From assembly GCA_965207735.1 (NCBI GenBank), contig OZ242296.1, positions 1,120,001 to 1,184,000 on the forward strand: 64,000 bases of DNA, given 5' to 3'. The DNA is from Candidatus Versatilivorator sp. (GTDB lineage Bacteria > Acidobacteriota > Terriglobia > Versatilivoradales > Versatilivoraceae). Each line of letters starts with the position of its first letter. Within the stretch, counting starts at the first letter, position 1. This document shows positions 48,860 to 59,675 of the stretch, in pieces. Below the pieces are notes generated by a model. It had not been told where the DNA came from, ran no database searches, and saw only the letters and a list, made by a program, of their open reading frames with translations. A program made the translations under genes and the position numbers.

Positions 48860-49723
48860 TCATTGTGACGGATGCAGGGGCAGAACCTCGTTGAGAGCGC
48901 CCGAGCGGTAACCCTCAAGATCGAGAGTAATGAACTTGAAGCCCAGGGCCTTGAACTCCTTGGTCAACAGGGCAGCCATCCCCACGTCCAGGGCCCGGGG
49001 CAACTCTTCCGGGGCGAACTCCAACCGGACCAGGGCTTCGTGATACCGTACCCGAAAAACCCTGAACCCGAAGTGTCGCAGGATCTCTTCGCCGCGCTCC
49101 ACCAGCGACAGCTTCTCCGGGGTAATCGAAGTGCCGTAGGGAAACCGGGAGGAGAGACAGGGCAATGCGGGCTTGTTCCAGGTCGGCAGGCCAGCCCGCC
49201 TGGACAGCTCCCGGATCTCGACCTTGTTCATTTCGGCGTCCGAGAGAGGACTGCAGACCAGGTATTCCTCGGCGGCGCGCCGTCCCGGCCGAAAATCGCC
49301 GCGGTCGTCCCGGTTGGTTCCGTCGACCACCGCCCGGAAGCCTCTTTGGCGGGCCATCGCCTGCAGCTTGGAAAACAGCTCGCTCTTGCAGAAATAACAG
49401 CGATCCGGCGAGTTCTCCCGGTATCGGGAATCCTCCACTTCGTCGGTGAAGATCTCGAGGTGGCGAAGATTAAAGCGAGAGGCGAACTGGGTCGTTTCCT
49501 TCCTTTGATAGGCGGGATAGGAAGGGCTGACGGCAGTCACGCAGAGCGCCTCGTCACCCAGAACCCGATTGGCCATGTAGGCCAGGTAGGCGCTGTCCAC
49601 CCCTCCGCTGAAGCCCACCACCACTGACTCCAGCCCCCTCAGAATCTCCTCGAGTCGCCGTTCCTTGGCGGTCACCTCGGGGCTGGTCAAGACCTCGGCT
49701 GTTCCCATGATTGGCTCGGTCAC
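48860..49723 (-). CDS. larE: LarE-family PP-loop sulfur transferase
   Basis: FSGGVDS, RCYFCK, DGTN.DD..DFRPG, PCLSSRFPYG. Confidence 0.88.
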   Translation of the reverse strand: MTEPIMGTAEVLTSPEVTAKERRLEEILRGLESVVVGFSGGVDSAYLAYMANRVLGDEALCVTAVSPSYPAYQRKETTQFASRFNLRHLEIFTDEVEDSRYRENSPDRCYFCKSELFSKLQAMARQRGFRAVVDGTNRDDRGDFRPGRRAAEEYLVCSPLSDAEMNKVEIRELSRRAGLPTWNKPALPCLSSRFPYGTSITPEKLSLVERGEEILRHFGFRVFRVRYHEALVRLEFAPEELPRALDVGMAALLTKEFKALGFKFITLDLEGYRSGALNEVLPLHPSQ

Positions 49724-49762
49724 CGGCCACCCATGCGGGAAGGCCGGTATTCGGCGATTCGG

Positions 49763-50812
49763 CTACAGAAGTCGTAAAACGGATTCTAGCACGTCGATTG
49801 ACCGCCTGTACTCGGCAATCTCGACGTGCTCCCGCGGCGTATGGTCCAGGCTGGAATCGCCGGGACCATAGGCCACCATGGGGCACTTCCAGAACGGCGC
49901 CACCACGTTCATGTCGGCGGTCCCCGTCTTCAGCTTGAACTTCGGGCGACCCTCAAAACCGCGGATCGATCTGAGGAACGACCTGACCAGCGGGTTTGAC
50001 TTGTCCCGCCTCACCGCGGCCTCCCGTCCCGAATAAGAGACTTCGGCCGGTTGGGCCGTCCGCAGGAGAAAATCTTCCAGGGATTGCAGAGAAAAACCCA
50101 CGGGGATGCGGAACCCCAGTCTCAAGTCGACGGTTTCATGGATGCCGTCGCTGCTGGAGTTGAAGGAGCGCAGCGATGCCTGCAGACTGCCGAAGAGCGA
50201 TGTCCCCGCATTGAACCCGTCACACCAGCGCCTGACCCCGGACCAGTAGTCAACCGCCAGCTCACAGGCCGGTCGCTCCCGTCCGGCCGTGTGACTGAGC
50301 GGGACCTGCAGCCGATAGTCCACCAGCAGTCGGCCCTTGTACCCCAGGGTCACCGCGTTCCAGCCGCTGGGTTCGCCGATCACGCAAAAGTCGGGTGGAT
50401 CCAGGTCCGATAGCGCTTGCCGCGCACCCCGAGAGGTGGCCGACTCTTCCTCCACGGCGCCCACGATCACGATCTTTTTCCCCTGGCCGTCGAGTTCCCC
50501 CAGCAAGCGACGAGTCGACGCGATGAAGCAGGCCATCGGACCCTTGGCGTCCACCGAGCCCCTTCCATAGATTCGGCCGTTTTCGATCTTGACGGGAAGA
50601 TCCCCCGCTACCGTATCGATATGGCCCAGCAGCACAATGGTCCTGGGCCCGTCCCCGGCGATTCCAATGGCGTTGCTCACCCCATCCAGGTAGGAGCGAA
50701 ACCCCATGGAGGTCATGGTGTCGACCAGAAAGCCGGCCAGGCGGGATTCCTGACCGGACGGACTGGGGATCCTCAACATCTGCTGCAATAACTGCAGTTC
50801 CGGATCGGCCAT
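49763..50812 (-). CDS. lysK: [LysW]-lysine/ornithine hydrolase (M20)
   Basis: LLGHIDTV, GRGSVDAKG, VEEE, GEPSGW, LGYKG, KTGTADMN, YGPGDSSLDHTP.EH. Confidence 0.85.
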   Translation of the reverse strand: MADPELQLLQQMLRIPSPSGQESRLAGFLVDTMTSMGFRSYLDGVSNAIGIAGDGPRTIVLLGHIDTVAGDLPVKIENGRIYGRGSVDAKGPMACFIASTRRLLGELDGQGKKIVIVGAVEEESATSRGARQALSDLDPPDFCVIGEPSGWNAVTLGYKGRLLVDYRLQVPLSHTAGRERPACELAVDYWSGVRRWCDGFNAGTSLFGSLQASLRSFNSSSDGIHETVDLRLGFRIPVGFSLQSLEDFLLRTAQPAEVSYSGREAAVRRDKSNPLVRSFLRSIRGFEGRPKFKLKTGTADMNVVAPFWKCPMVAYGPGDSSLDHTPREHVEIAEYRRSIDVLESVLRLL

Positions 50813-50889
50813 GTCTTTTCTAGTGGTTCGTCTTTAATGACGATTGGGTGTTTTGCTCTCGAATGATCCGCACGGCAGGACGGGGGCGA

Positions 50890-50924
50890 CACTCTCCACT
50901 CTCCACTCTCCACTCTCCACTCTC
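50890..50924. repeat. (CACTCTC)5 simple sequence repeat
   Basis: Five perfect heptamer copies between lysJ and lysK. Confidence 0.9.
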
Positions 50925-50996
50925 CCCTTGCCGGAAACACCCCTGTTTCACCGTGAATGATCCGCCTCGTCGCATGCGGAGCGGCTAGCCCGACAA

Positions 50997-52172
50997 CTAC
51001 TTCAAAACCTCAGCCGTCAGTTCAACCACTCGATCCAGGTCCTCCTCGTCAATGACCAGGGGAGGCAAAAAGCGAATCACCGTCGGGCCGGCGGCCAGTG
51101 CCAGCACTCCTCGTTCCATGAGCTTGAGGATGTACGGCCCGCTCTTCTCCTTGAGTTCAATTCCAACCATCAATCCCAGTCCTCTCACCTCGCGAATTCG
51201 AGGGGAAGCAATGGATCTCAATCGCCGCATGAAATGGGTTCCGAGCCTGTGGGCCCGCTGCGGCAGCTGGAATTCCTCCAAATAGCGCATGGCCGCGTTG
51301 GCGGCGGCACAGGCCAGTGGATTCCCTCCAAAGGTGGAGCTGTGGGCCAGCTTGAAGAGGCGGGAGGCCACCTCCTGGCTCATTCCGGTGGCTCCGACGG
51401 GAAGCCCCCCGCCCATGGACTTGGCCAGGCAGAACAGATCGGGGAACAGATCGAAGTACTCGGAGGCGAACATGCGGCCGGTTCGTCCGAATCCTGTCTG
51501 CACTTCGTCGACGATCAACATGGCCCCGGTTTCGTTGCAGCGATCCTGCACATCCAGCAGGAAATCCAAAGTGCCCGGCCGAACGCCCCCCTCTCCCTGG
51601 ACGACCTCCACCAGGAACGCCGCCGTACGTTGGCTGACGGCGTCGCAGGCTCGTTGCCGGTGGTTGAAGGGAACGTGGGTGAACCCCGGGACCAGGGGCT
51701 CGAATGGGACTCGATAGTCCTTGCTCCAGGTGGCGCTCAGGGCCCCGAAGGTCTTGCCGTGAAACCCGCGCATGGCGGCCACGATCTCCTGGCGTCCGGT
51801 CGCCAGCCGGGCAAATTTCAAGGCGACCTCTACGGCCTCCGAGCCGGAGTTGCACAAAAAGAACCGTTGGATGCTGCTGGGCGTGAGCCGCTCCAGATTC
51901 TCCAGAAGCCGCGCCCTCTCCCGGTGATAAAAGAGCTCGCCGCACACCAGCAGCTTCTCGGTTTGATCCCGAATGGCCTGGTTCACATAGGGATTTGCGT
52001 GGCCCAGGTTGGCCGCCCCCTGTCCGCCCACGCAATCGATGAACTCCTTGCCCTCCGCGTCCCACAGTCGAGCTCCCTGTCCCCGAACCAATTCCAGGTT
52101 GCGCTTGTAGTAGGTGCCCGCCCCCAGTTGTTCTTCCAGATGTTTGGTAGCATCTCTTACGGAATCGGTCAT
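50997..52172 (-). CDS. lysJ: [LysW]-aminoadipate semialdehyde / acetylornithine-type transaminase (class III)
   Basis: CNSGSEA, FHGKT.GALSATW, QGEGG, DEVQTG, AKS, STFGG; adjacent to lysK. Confidence 0.82.
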   Translation of the reverse strand: MTDSVRDATKHLEEQLGAGTYYKRNLELVRGQGARLWDAEGKEFIDCVGGQGAANLGHANPYVNQAIRDQTEKLLVCGELFYHRERARLLENLERLTPSSIQRFFLCNSGSEAVEVALKFARLATGRQEIVAAMRGFHGKTFGALSATWSKDYRVPFEPLVPGFTHVPFNHRQRACDAVSQRTAAFLVEVVQGEGGVRPGTLDFLLDVQDRCNETGAMLIVDEVQTGFGRTGRMFASEYFDLFPDLFCLAKSMGGGLPVGATGMSQEVASRLFKLAHSSTFGGNPLACAAANAAMRYLEEFQLPQRAHRLGTHFMRRLRSIASPRIREVRGLGLMVGIELKEKSGPYILKLMERGVLALAAGPTVIRFLPPLVIDEEDLDRVVELTAEVLK

Positions 52173-52202
52173 TTCAACGGACCTCCTCTAAAACAAAGCC
52201 TC

Positions 52203-52391
52203 TTACCGGGGGGTCTTCAACGCCTTCGCTTCCTCGAAATGACGGACGGCGCTTTCGAACTTGTCGCGGCAACCGGGATTGCAGAACCCCACGACTTGGC
52301 CGTCGTATTCGGTGAGGGAATCGGCCTGCACCGGCTTGCCGGACCAGGGACAGGTCTCATTGATGCAATCGAAAATGTCGAGCGCGCCCAT
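52203..52391 (-). CDS. Small YHS-like Cys-motif protein
   Basis: CINETCPWSGKPV...VGFCNPGCRDKF; GGAAG RBS-like. Confidence 0.7.
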   Translation of the reverse strand: MGALDIFDCINETCPWSGKPVQADSLTEYDGQVVGFCNPGCRDKFESAVRHFEEAKALKTPR

Positions 52392-52415
52392 GGTGCTTCC
52401 TTTGAGAAATGGGAA

Positions 52416-53447
52416 TTAAATCTGCGGTGTCGCCACCAGAGCCCTCTGAAAGAATTCCTCGATCCGGTCCATGACTTCCCTCTCGCTCCGGGATTCATAG
52501 ATGGCCTTGCGGAGAGCGGCGCCGCGGGGAATGGCGTGGGTAAACCAGGAAGCAAACTGCTTCATTTTTCCAATGGCTCCCGGCGTTTCCTCTTCGAACA
52601 GCAGTGAAAAGTAGCGCTTGATCAGATCGTATTTGTGGCCGATGTCCGGGAGGGTCGCCGGCATCCCGCATTCGGTCTCGCCGATCTGACGGAAGATCCA
52701 GGGGTTGGTCAAGGCTCCCCGTCCAACCATGACTCCATCGCATCCGGTCTCTTTCCGCATCCGCATGGCGTCAGCCGCTGTGACGATGTCCCCGTTGCCG
52801 ATGACGGGAATCTTGAGGTGGGCCTTCAGGCGGGCGATGATACGCCAGTCGGCCTTTCCCGAAAATCCCTGGACGCGGGTTCGCGGGTGCAGGGTGATGG
52901 CCTCGACACCCAGGTCCTGGGCCATTTGACCCACCTCCAGAGCCACGATCTCCGACTCGCTCCAACCGGAGCGGATCTTGATGGTGAAAGGAATCCTCGC
53001 CGCCGACCGTATCTCCTTGAGGATTCTCTCCAGCAGCCTGGGCTCCCGCAGCAGGGCCGATCCCCCGCAAGCCTTCACGACCTTCTTGGCCGGGCAGCCC
53101 AGGTTCAGATCGATGGCGTCGAAGCCCAGGTCCTCCACCATGCGGGTGGCTTCCGCCAGTCGGCCGGGATCCGATCCAAACAGCTGGGCGGTGACCGGAC
53201 GCTCCTCCTCGTGGTAGAACAGCATCCTCCTGCTCTTCACCGAGTTCCGTGTAAGACCCTCGGCGCTGGTAAACTCGGTCATCACCAGGCCACAACCGCC
53301 CAAGCGCTTGATGAGGCGGCGAAAAACGCTGTCGGTCAAGCCGGCCATGGGTGAGAGGAAGGTTGCCGGGCTCACCGCGATATTTCGAATGTTCAGGATC
53401 GAGGCCTGTTCGGCAAGTATCATCGGCGGAGTCGCGCAGAAGCGCAA
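52416..53447 (-). CDS. dusB: tRNA-dihydrouridine synthase
   Basis: SPMAG, NLGCP, KIRSGW, HPRTR, NGDI, GRG...NPW. Confidence 0.9.
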   Translation of the reverse strand: MRFCATPPMILAEQASILNIRNIAVSPATFLSPMAGLTDSVFRRLIKRLGGCGLVMTEFTSAEGLTRNSVKSRRMLFYHEEERPVTAQLFGSDPGRLAEATRMVEDLGFDAIDLNLGCPAKKVVKACGGSALLREPRLLERILKEIRSAARIPFTIKIRSGWSESEIVALEVGQMAQDLGVEAITLHPRTRVQGFSGKADWRIIARLKAHLKIPVIGNGDIVTAADAMRMRKETGCDGVMVGRGALTNPWIFRQIGETECGMPATLPDIGHKYDLIKRYFSLLFEEETPGAIGKMKQFASWFTHAIPRGAALRKAIYESRSEREVMDRIEEFFQRALVATPQI

Positions 53448-53599
53448 TCAACTGTTTTCCGGGAAGCAGGGTCTTTTTCGGCCAAAGCACTCGGCGGGCC
53501 TATTGCGCCATTTTACACTGTGCAACTCCCCAATTTCTCGCCGGCTTGACGGATACATCGCGAAAAACAGTAAACGCGAACACAGGCCGGCGCCATGGT

Positions 53600-54409
53600 T
53601 CACCGGGCCGGCCCCGTTCCGGAGCACCTGCCCAACCGGAGCCGGTGCTTCCACAGGAACTTGAGCAGGCTGAGCAAGTGATGCCGCTTGGCGCCCAACC
53701 TCCATCCCTTGGCGCTGTCCCTGCGATGGCCGTGCACCATGCGGGCGGCCGGATTGTAGAGGACCGTCCAGCCCCGCCCCCACATGCGCTTGCACAGGTC
53801 CACATCCTCGAAATAGAGAAAGAAACGCTCGTCCAGGAGAGCATTCGATTCCGTGGCTTCCCTCCGCACCAACATGGCGGCTCCCAGCCCCCAGTCCACC
53901 GCAGACAGGCTCCGGTGGTCCCAGTCGGCCATCAAATGGCGCTGCAGCCTGGAATGATTCCTCCAGAGACGCTGAAAAGGGGCGCGCCGCAGCAGCAGAG
54001 TGGCAAGGGTGTAAAAACGCCGGCAGGAGTGCTGCAGGCTGCCGTCCGGACTGTCGAGCCTCGGCAACACCACACCCGCATCGGGGTGCTGCTCCAGGGT
54101 ATGCGCCAGGATCTCCACCGCTCCGGCCTCGACGCGCACGTCGGGATTCAAGAGCAGCAGAAACGGCCCCCGGGCTAGACGATACCCCTGATTGACGGCA
54201 GCGGCAAATCCAAGGTTGGACCGGTTCTGAATCACATGCGTCCGAGGCAATTCCAGGGCTGAGATGGGAGACAGATCTTCAGGGCGGTCGTTGTTGATCA
54301 CGAAGATCTCGTAGTCCAGCTGCCCTGCATTCCGGACCACGCTACCAAGACAGGAAGCGAGTTCCCGCCCGGACCGGTAGTTGACGATAACGATCGACAC
54401 CCGGCTCAT
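53600..54409 (-). CDS. GT2 glycosyltransferase (rhamnosyltransferase-like)
   Basis: NLGFAAAVN, LLNPD, DERFFLYFEDVDLC. Confidence 0.9.
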   Translation of the reverse strand: MSRVSIVIVNYRSGRELASCLGSVVRNAGQLDYEIFVINNDRPEDLSPISALELPRTHVIQNRSNLGFAAAVNQGYRLARGPFLLLLNPDVRVEAGAVEILAHTLEQHPDAGVVLPRLDSPDGSLQHSCRRFYTLATLLLRRAPFQRLWRNHSRLQRHLMADWDHRSLSAVDWGLGAAMLVRREATESNALLDERFFLYFEDVDLCKRMWGRGWTVLYNPAARMVHGHRRDSAKGWRLGAKRHHLLSLLKFLWKHRLRLGRCSGTGPAR

Positions 54410-57400
54410 CTAGTGTCCTGTCTCAGGAGTTCGAGACAGCTCTGCATAGTGCTGCTCGTAGTCGACGGCAAAGCGGGGAGAACTGTATTCGCCCTCCACC
54501 CTGGCCCGGGCATTGTCCCCCAATTGGCGGCGCTTGAGGGGGTCTCTCAGCAGTTCCAGGGTGTAGTGGCGGAACTCGGCAGTGGAATCGGCAACCATCA
54601 GTTCCCGATCATGTTGGAAACCATATCCGTCCAGGCAGAGCCGGGTCGCCACCACGGCTTTGCCCATGGCCATGGCCTCCAGAAGCTTGCCCCGAAGTCC
54701 GGCTCCGCTGACGATGGGAGCGATGAATACGGCGTGGCTGGAGAGCAGGGGGCGCAAGTCCTCCACTCTTTCCACAAAATCGACCCGGCCCTTCCGGCTG
54801 TGTGCCAGGAGATGGGCAGGCGCCGATCGTCCGACGACGGTAAGAGTGGCATTGGGGGCGCCTTCCAGAATCCCCGGCCAGATTTCCCGGAAGAAATAGG
54901 ACATTCCCTGCACGTTGGGCGGGTGCTTGAAGAAACCCACGAAAATCAGGCTCTCCGGACGCTCCGGGACATCCGGCCTGACCCGAAAGAAGTCCACGTC
55001 CACGCCGCTTCGGGCCAGGCAGGGGCGAGCCACCTTCAGCTGCCGGCTCAGGTAGTCCCGGTCGACGGTCGAAAGGGCGACCACTGACCGGACTCTGCGG
55101 CAAAGCCGTCGTTCATAGACCCGCATCAGCCGCCATTTGAGGAAGGTCGAAATCTTCTGACCCCAGGTTGCGGCCCTACGGAAGAGGCGCTCGTAGACCA
55201 GGCTCAGAACTTCGTGGTGGGTGAGCAGGCTGGGATAGCGACGAAGGTCGGGGATGAAATTCAAGGTATGCAGGTACTCACACTGCACCAGATCGTAGTC
55301 TCCGGTTCTCAACTGGTTGCGCACCTCTCTGCGCATCATCAGGCAAGCATGAACCACTGCCAGCAGCTTCGAGAATAGAAAGGCGCTCTTGAGCTCCCGG
55401 TGGTAGGGGTAGAGCGTGATGGTTCGAACCTCCTTGCAATACTGCTTCAAACGATCGACATGAGATTGATCCTGACTGGTTTCGATAAAGGAGAGCAGCG
55501 TGATCTCATTACGTGCCGACAGTTCCTTGAGCAGGTTCACCAGAATCCAGGAGCCATCCACACCCAACCGGGGAAGCCGTTTGGAGACCACCAGGATCTT
55601 GCGGGAATCTGCCGACCGGTCCCCGTTGGAGAGATACCGGTGCCGGTAAAAGAACCAATGGTGGATGGCGGCAATAGCCTCCTGATCCGACAGACGTCTT
55701 GGCGGCGGGCTGGCCAAACGGTTCCAGACCACCTGCGGGACCTTGAACAGCGCACCGGCAAAGGCTCTCAGGATGCCGAGACGGCCGCGGCTGAAATCGA
55801 GCAGGAATCGGAAGGGCAACTTCAGCAGGTGGCTTAAGAACAGTCCGACCGACGTCACATTGTTCCAGAACAGCACAAACAGATTCCGGGCGATCAGGTA
55901 GTCGATCCTGGAATTTCCCATCTCGATGGCGTTGGTGCTGCGATGCTTGTGGACCACTCGGCTGGCCGGGCAGAAAAGCACGCGGTATCCGGACTTCCAG
56001 GCTCGATAGGACAGGTCGGCGTCTTCCACGTAGGCGGGATTGTAAATTTCGCTGAAACCGCCCAGTTCGAGGAACTTTTGCCTGTCGTAAGCGCTGGAGC
56101 CGCCATGGGCATAAAAGGCCGGAACGTAATGTCGCGTCTCGTCGGCCGCGGCGGGCTGGCTGTGTCCGACGTGCATGCACCCGAACATTATCATCCCAAA
56201 CGTCTTGCCTGTTTCCAGGCGGGTCTGTCCGGATTCATAGTTGAAAATCTGCGACGTGACCGCAAACACGTCGGGCCGTTCAAACCCCTGGAGCAGGGGA
56301 GCCAGAAATCCGGGTTGGACAATCACGTCGTTATTCAGCAGGACGACGACCTCGTTGCGGGCGCACTTTACCCCGATGTTGTTGGCTCGACTGAAGCGAT
56401 AGTTCTTTTTCAGCTCTATCAGCCGAATGTTACGGTAGTGCGTGCGCACGTAATCCTGTGTGCCGTCGGTGCTTCCATTGTCCACCAGAATGATTTCGTG
56501 GTCACCGCCGTCACGGCGGACCGCTTCGACCAGCGCGTCCAGAGCCTCCTTGAGAATCTCGCGCTTGTTCCAGGTCAAGACGATCAGGGAGGCCCGGCGG
56601 CGACCCGAACCCGGGCTCTCGGCGCCAGTCGCCGGTCGCCGGTGCGGGTCGACCAGGTTCTGATAGATATGCTCGACTTGGCGAACCATCAGCGACTTGT
56701 CGAACCGGCGATGCACCAGGTCGCGCCCGTTTGCCCCCATTCTTCGACGCGCCCCGGGGTCCCGAACCAGTCGGACCACGGCCGAAGCCACCGCCTGCGA
56801 GTCGGCGGGAGGGATCAGCAACCCCGTGTGCTCGTCCGCCACCGCCTCCGGGGTTCCGCTGACCGACGTAGCCACCACCGGCAATCCCACAGCCATGGCC
56901 TCGAGTATGGAAAGCGGGAGACCCTCATAGAGCGACGTGAGCAGAAAGATGTCCAGAGCGGAGAGAATCTCGGGGATGTCCTCCCGAGCGCCGGCGAAGG
57001 TGACATAGGGCTCCAGCCCCAGGCGGCGTACTCGATCGGCGAGCCTGGCCTGAGTCGGACCTTCCCCGATGAACAGAAAACGAGTTTGAGGACAGGACTT
57101 CAATATGGTCGGGATCGCGTCCACCGTATACTGGTGGCCCTTCTGAAAGTTGAAGCGCGCCACCGTGCCGACCAGCGTCTGTTCCGGACCGATTCCAAGG
57201 CTCTGGCGAATGGCTCTTCTGCCCGTCTCGGAAAAGGCAAATTTATTCACATCGATCCCGTTGAGGATCAACTTCAGCCGGTAGGAATGCACCCGGTAAT
57301 CCTGAATCAGTAGCTGCTTGTTGGCCTGAGACACGGGAATGGTGTAGTCCAGGCAGAAGGTCATGACTCGCTTGACGAGCTTCTTGGTACGCACGCCGGC

Positions 57401-57790
57401 GCGTTTCCCGATGGCCAACTGAAGGTCGAGGTGCTCAGTCGCCAACCTCCAGGGCACCCGGCTGAAATAAGCCGCCAGAATTGGAACGAAGCAGCTAAAG
57501 GTATTGTTCAGGTTGAAGTGAACGATGGTGGGCTGCTGCCGCCGGAAGTAGCGATAGCATTCCAGAAAGACCTTGAGGGGCGACCGGTTGGCGCTGTCCA
57601 CCTCATCGACGCAGATGCCTCGCTCATCAAAAAACCGCGCCAGTGGAGCCATCTGAGGGAGGGGAGAAAGCGCCACCCGAAACTGGTATTCCTGTTGGGG
57701 AATTTCCGGAACGAGCAGCTTGAGGTAGGCTTCGGCGCCACCCAGGAAGACGGCGTCGCAGAAGTAAACCACCTTGTAGGGTGTCTCCAT
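54410..57790 (-). CDS. Trimodular glycosyltransferase GT4-GT2-GT4
   Basis: EGLPLSILEAMA (GT4), LLNND / YVEDADL (GT2), KLLEAMAMG (GT4). Confidence 0.9.
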   Translation of the reverse strand: METPYKVVYFCDAVFLGGAEAYLKLLVPEIPQQEYQFRVALSPLPQMAPLARFFDERGICVDEVDSANRSPLKVFLECYRYFRRQQPTIVHFNLNNTFSCFVPILAAYFSRVPWRLATEHLDLQLAIGKRAGVRTKKLVKRVMTFCLDYTIPVSQANKQLLIQDYRVHSYRLKLILNGIDVNKFAFSETGRRAIRQSLGIGPEQTLVGTVARFNFQKGHQYTVDAIPTILKSCPQTRFLFIGEGPTQARLADRVRRLGLEPYVTFAGAREDIPEILSALDIFLLTSLYEGLPLSILEAMAVGLPVVATSVSGTPEAVADEHTGLLIPPADSQAVASAVVRLVRDPGARRRMGANGRDLVHRRFDKSLMVRQVEHIYQNLVDPHRRPATGAESPGSGRRRASLIVLTWNKREILKEALDALVEAVRRDGGDHEIILVDNGSTDGTQDYVRTHYRNIRLIELKKNYRFSRANNIGVKCARNEVVVLLNNDVIVQPGFLAPLLQGFERPDVFAVTSQIFNYESGQTRLETGKTFGMIMFGCMHVGHSQPAAADETRHYVPAFYAHGGSSAYDRQKFLELGGFSEIYNPAYVEDADLSYRAWKSGYRVLFCPASRVVHKHRSTNAIEMGNSRIDYLIARNLFVLFWNNVTSVGLFLSHLLKLPFRFLLDFSRGRLGILRAFAGALFKVPQVVWNRLASPPPRRLSDQEAIAAIHHWFFYRHRYLSNGDRSADSRKILVVSKRLPRLGVDGSWILVNLLKELSARNEITLLSFIETSQDQSHVDRLKQYCKEVRTITLYPYHRELKSAFLFSKLLAVVHACLMMRREVRNQLRTGDYDLVQCEYLHTLNFIPDLRRYPSLLTHHEVLSLVYERLFRRAATWGQKISTFLKWRLMRVYERRLCRRVRSVVALSTVDRDYLSRQLKVARPCLARSGVDVDFFRVRPDVPERPESLIFVGFFKHPPNVQGMSYFFREIWPGILEGAPNATLTVVGRSAPAHLLAHSRKGRVDFVERVEDLRPLLSSHAVFIAPIVSGAGLRGKLLEAMAMGKAVVATRLCLDGYGFQHDRELMVADSTAEFRHYTLELLRDPLKRRQLGDNARARVEGEYSSPRFAVDYEQHYAELSRTPETGH

Positions 57791-58138
57791 GGACCGCCAC
57801 CGGACTTGCCGGAAACAAACGAAAAAAGACAAAAAAGATTTATCCACGAAGGGGCACTAAGGCGCTGAGGTTAACCGCGACGGGGTGCCAAGGTCGCGAA
57901 GGGATGGTCGATTCCCTTCTTTTCTCGGCGCCAATCCCCGGGAATTATACAGCACTGTAGAAAAGGGCAACAACTTGGATATACTCCGTTGGGACTAGCC
58001 GCCGGGACAATGTCCCTGGCGGCGGGAGCTGATTCCCCACGGCCGCAAATCGACGCCTGCCGGAGGGCCGGCGTTCGCTTGTACGACTGACGAACCTTCA
58101 ATCAGCTTCGGACTCTTCCATCCCATTCCGGCAATTCC

Positions 58139-59632
58139 ATGGCCGAAGTTCACCCGGTGTCCGCCAAGACCATGCAGGGCGCCTCGCTCATGCTTCTGCG
58201 TATGGCGGCCATGTATCCTATCCTTTTCCTGGGTGAAGTCTGGCTGGCGCGGCTGCTGGATCCCCAGGATTTCGGCATCGTCGCCATGGGCAGCTTCGTC
58301 ACCGTGACCCTGGCCGCGGTCCTCGAGGTGGGTCTGGTGGCTGCCCTCATACAGCGGCCCGAGCCGCCCTCCCGGGATGAATTCCGGACATTCTTCTCCT
58401 TGCAGCTCCTGGTGATCTCCGCCCTGGTCCTGGGCCTGTTCCTGGGGGCTCCCCGGCTGCTGGGCTGGCTCGGCCTCGATTCGGGCGCCCGCTGGATACT
58501 GCTTGCCCTGTTGCCATGTCCCTGGATCAGCGGTCTGGGAGCCATGTCCTGCGTTCGTCTGGACAGGAACCTGCGCTACGGCGTGTTCGCCAGAATGGAC
58601 GTGCTGAGAGTGCTTACCTATGTCGGTATTGCCCTGCCCCTGGCATTTTGGGGGTGGGGCGTCTGGAGCCTGGTGGTCGCGATTGTTGCCGGCACGGCAG
58701 TGCGAAGCGCGGTGGCCTTTCAGGCTGCCCCATGGCCGATTGGAATTCGCCTGCGGTTTTCGGGAATGGGGAACACTTTACGGTCCGGCGCCCTTTTTCA
58801 GGCCTCGACGCTCACCTCCCTCTTTCGCGACCATATTCCGGTGTTGCTGGCCGGTCCCCGATTCGGTCCGCAGGCAGTCGGTTATCTGAATTGGGCCAAG
58901 AACATGACGTTCTACAGCAGCCAAGCTGTTACCCAGGCGGTATCCCGAGTTACCTTTCCCTCCGTGTCGCGTATCCAGCAGGACCCGCAGGCGGTCCGAG
59001 GGATGGTCCAGACCACTCTCAAGTATGTCAACCTCTTGACCTTCCCCTGCATTCTGATCTTTGCAGCCTTGATCCCCGAGTTCGTGCAAGTGGTTTTTAC
59101 CTCCAAATGGGCTCCGGCCATTCCGGCCTTTTACTATTATTCGATCCGAATGCTTGGATCCAACATCAGCACTCTTTATATTGCGGTGTTGAACGGTCTG
59201 GGAAGGGTTGAGATCTCCCTGCGGATCCTGACCTGGTGGACGGTTCTGGACTGGGTCCTGGCTTTGGCGCTCTGTTCCTGGTTCGGATTCACAGGGGTAG
59301 CCATGGCTTATGCCATCAGCGTGATTCCCATTGCAGCCTGGCTGGTAATCCAACTGAACAAGCTGGTGGAGGTGGACTTTCTGCGGAGTTTCGTCTTCCC
59401 GTTGGCCGTCAGCAGTGTGGCGGCCACCGCTGTCTGGCTGGCAAAGAGCGGCAGCCAGGCCTCCTGGCTGACCCTTTCCGGATGGATCGCCGGCGGGCTG
59501 GTCTTCTATATCCTGTTGTTGCTGCTGAGCGCAGGGCGATCTCTGCTCAGCGACATTCGACTGTTTCTGACAACCCTGGCCCGGGGGGGAAGTCGGGATT
59601 ACGATTCGCGGCACGAACCGGTCGGGACCTGA
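58139..59632 (+). CDS. Wzx/MOP oligosaccharide flippase
   Basis: LARLL.P.DFG; about 12-14 TM helices. Confidence 0.88.
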   Translation: MAEVHPVSAKTMQGASLMLLRMAAMYPILFLGEVWLARLLDPQDFGIVAMGSFVTVTLAAVLEVGLVAALIQRPEPPSRDEFRTFFSLQLLVISALVLGLFLGAPRLLGWLGLDSGARWILLALLPCPWISGLGAMSCVRLDRNLRYGVFARMDVLRVLTYVGIALPLAFWGWGVWSLVVAIVAGTAVRSAVAFQAAPWPIGIRLRFSGMGNTLRSGALFQASTLTSLFRDHIPVLLAGPRFGPQAVGYLNWAKNMTFYSSQAVTQAVSRVTFPSVSRIQQDPQAVRGMVQTTLKYVNLLTFPCILIFAALIPEFVQVVFTSKWAPAIPAFYYYSIRMLGSNISTLYIAVLNGLGRVEISLRILTWWTVLDWVLALALCSWFGFTGVAMAYAISVIPIAAWLVIQLNKLVEVDFLRSFVFPLAVSSVAATAVWLAKSGSQASWLTLSGWIAGGLVFYILLLLLSAGRSLLSDIRLFLTTLARGGSRDYDSRHEPVGT

Positions 59633-59675
59633 TTCGACTGCCGGTTAGTCCAAACAGACACGTTCAAACGATTCC

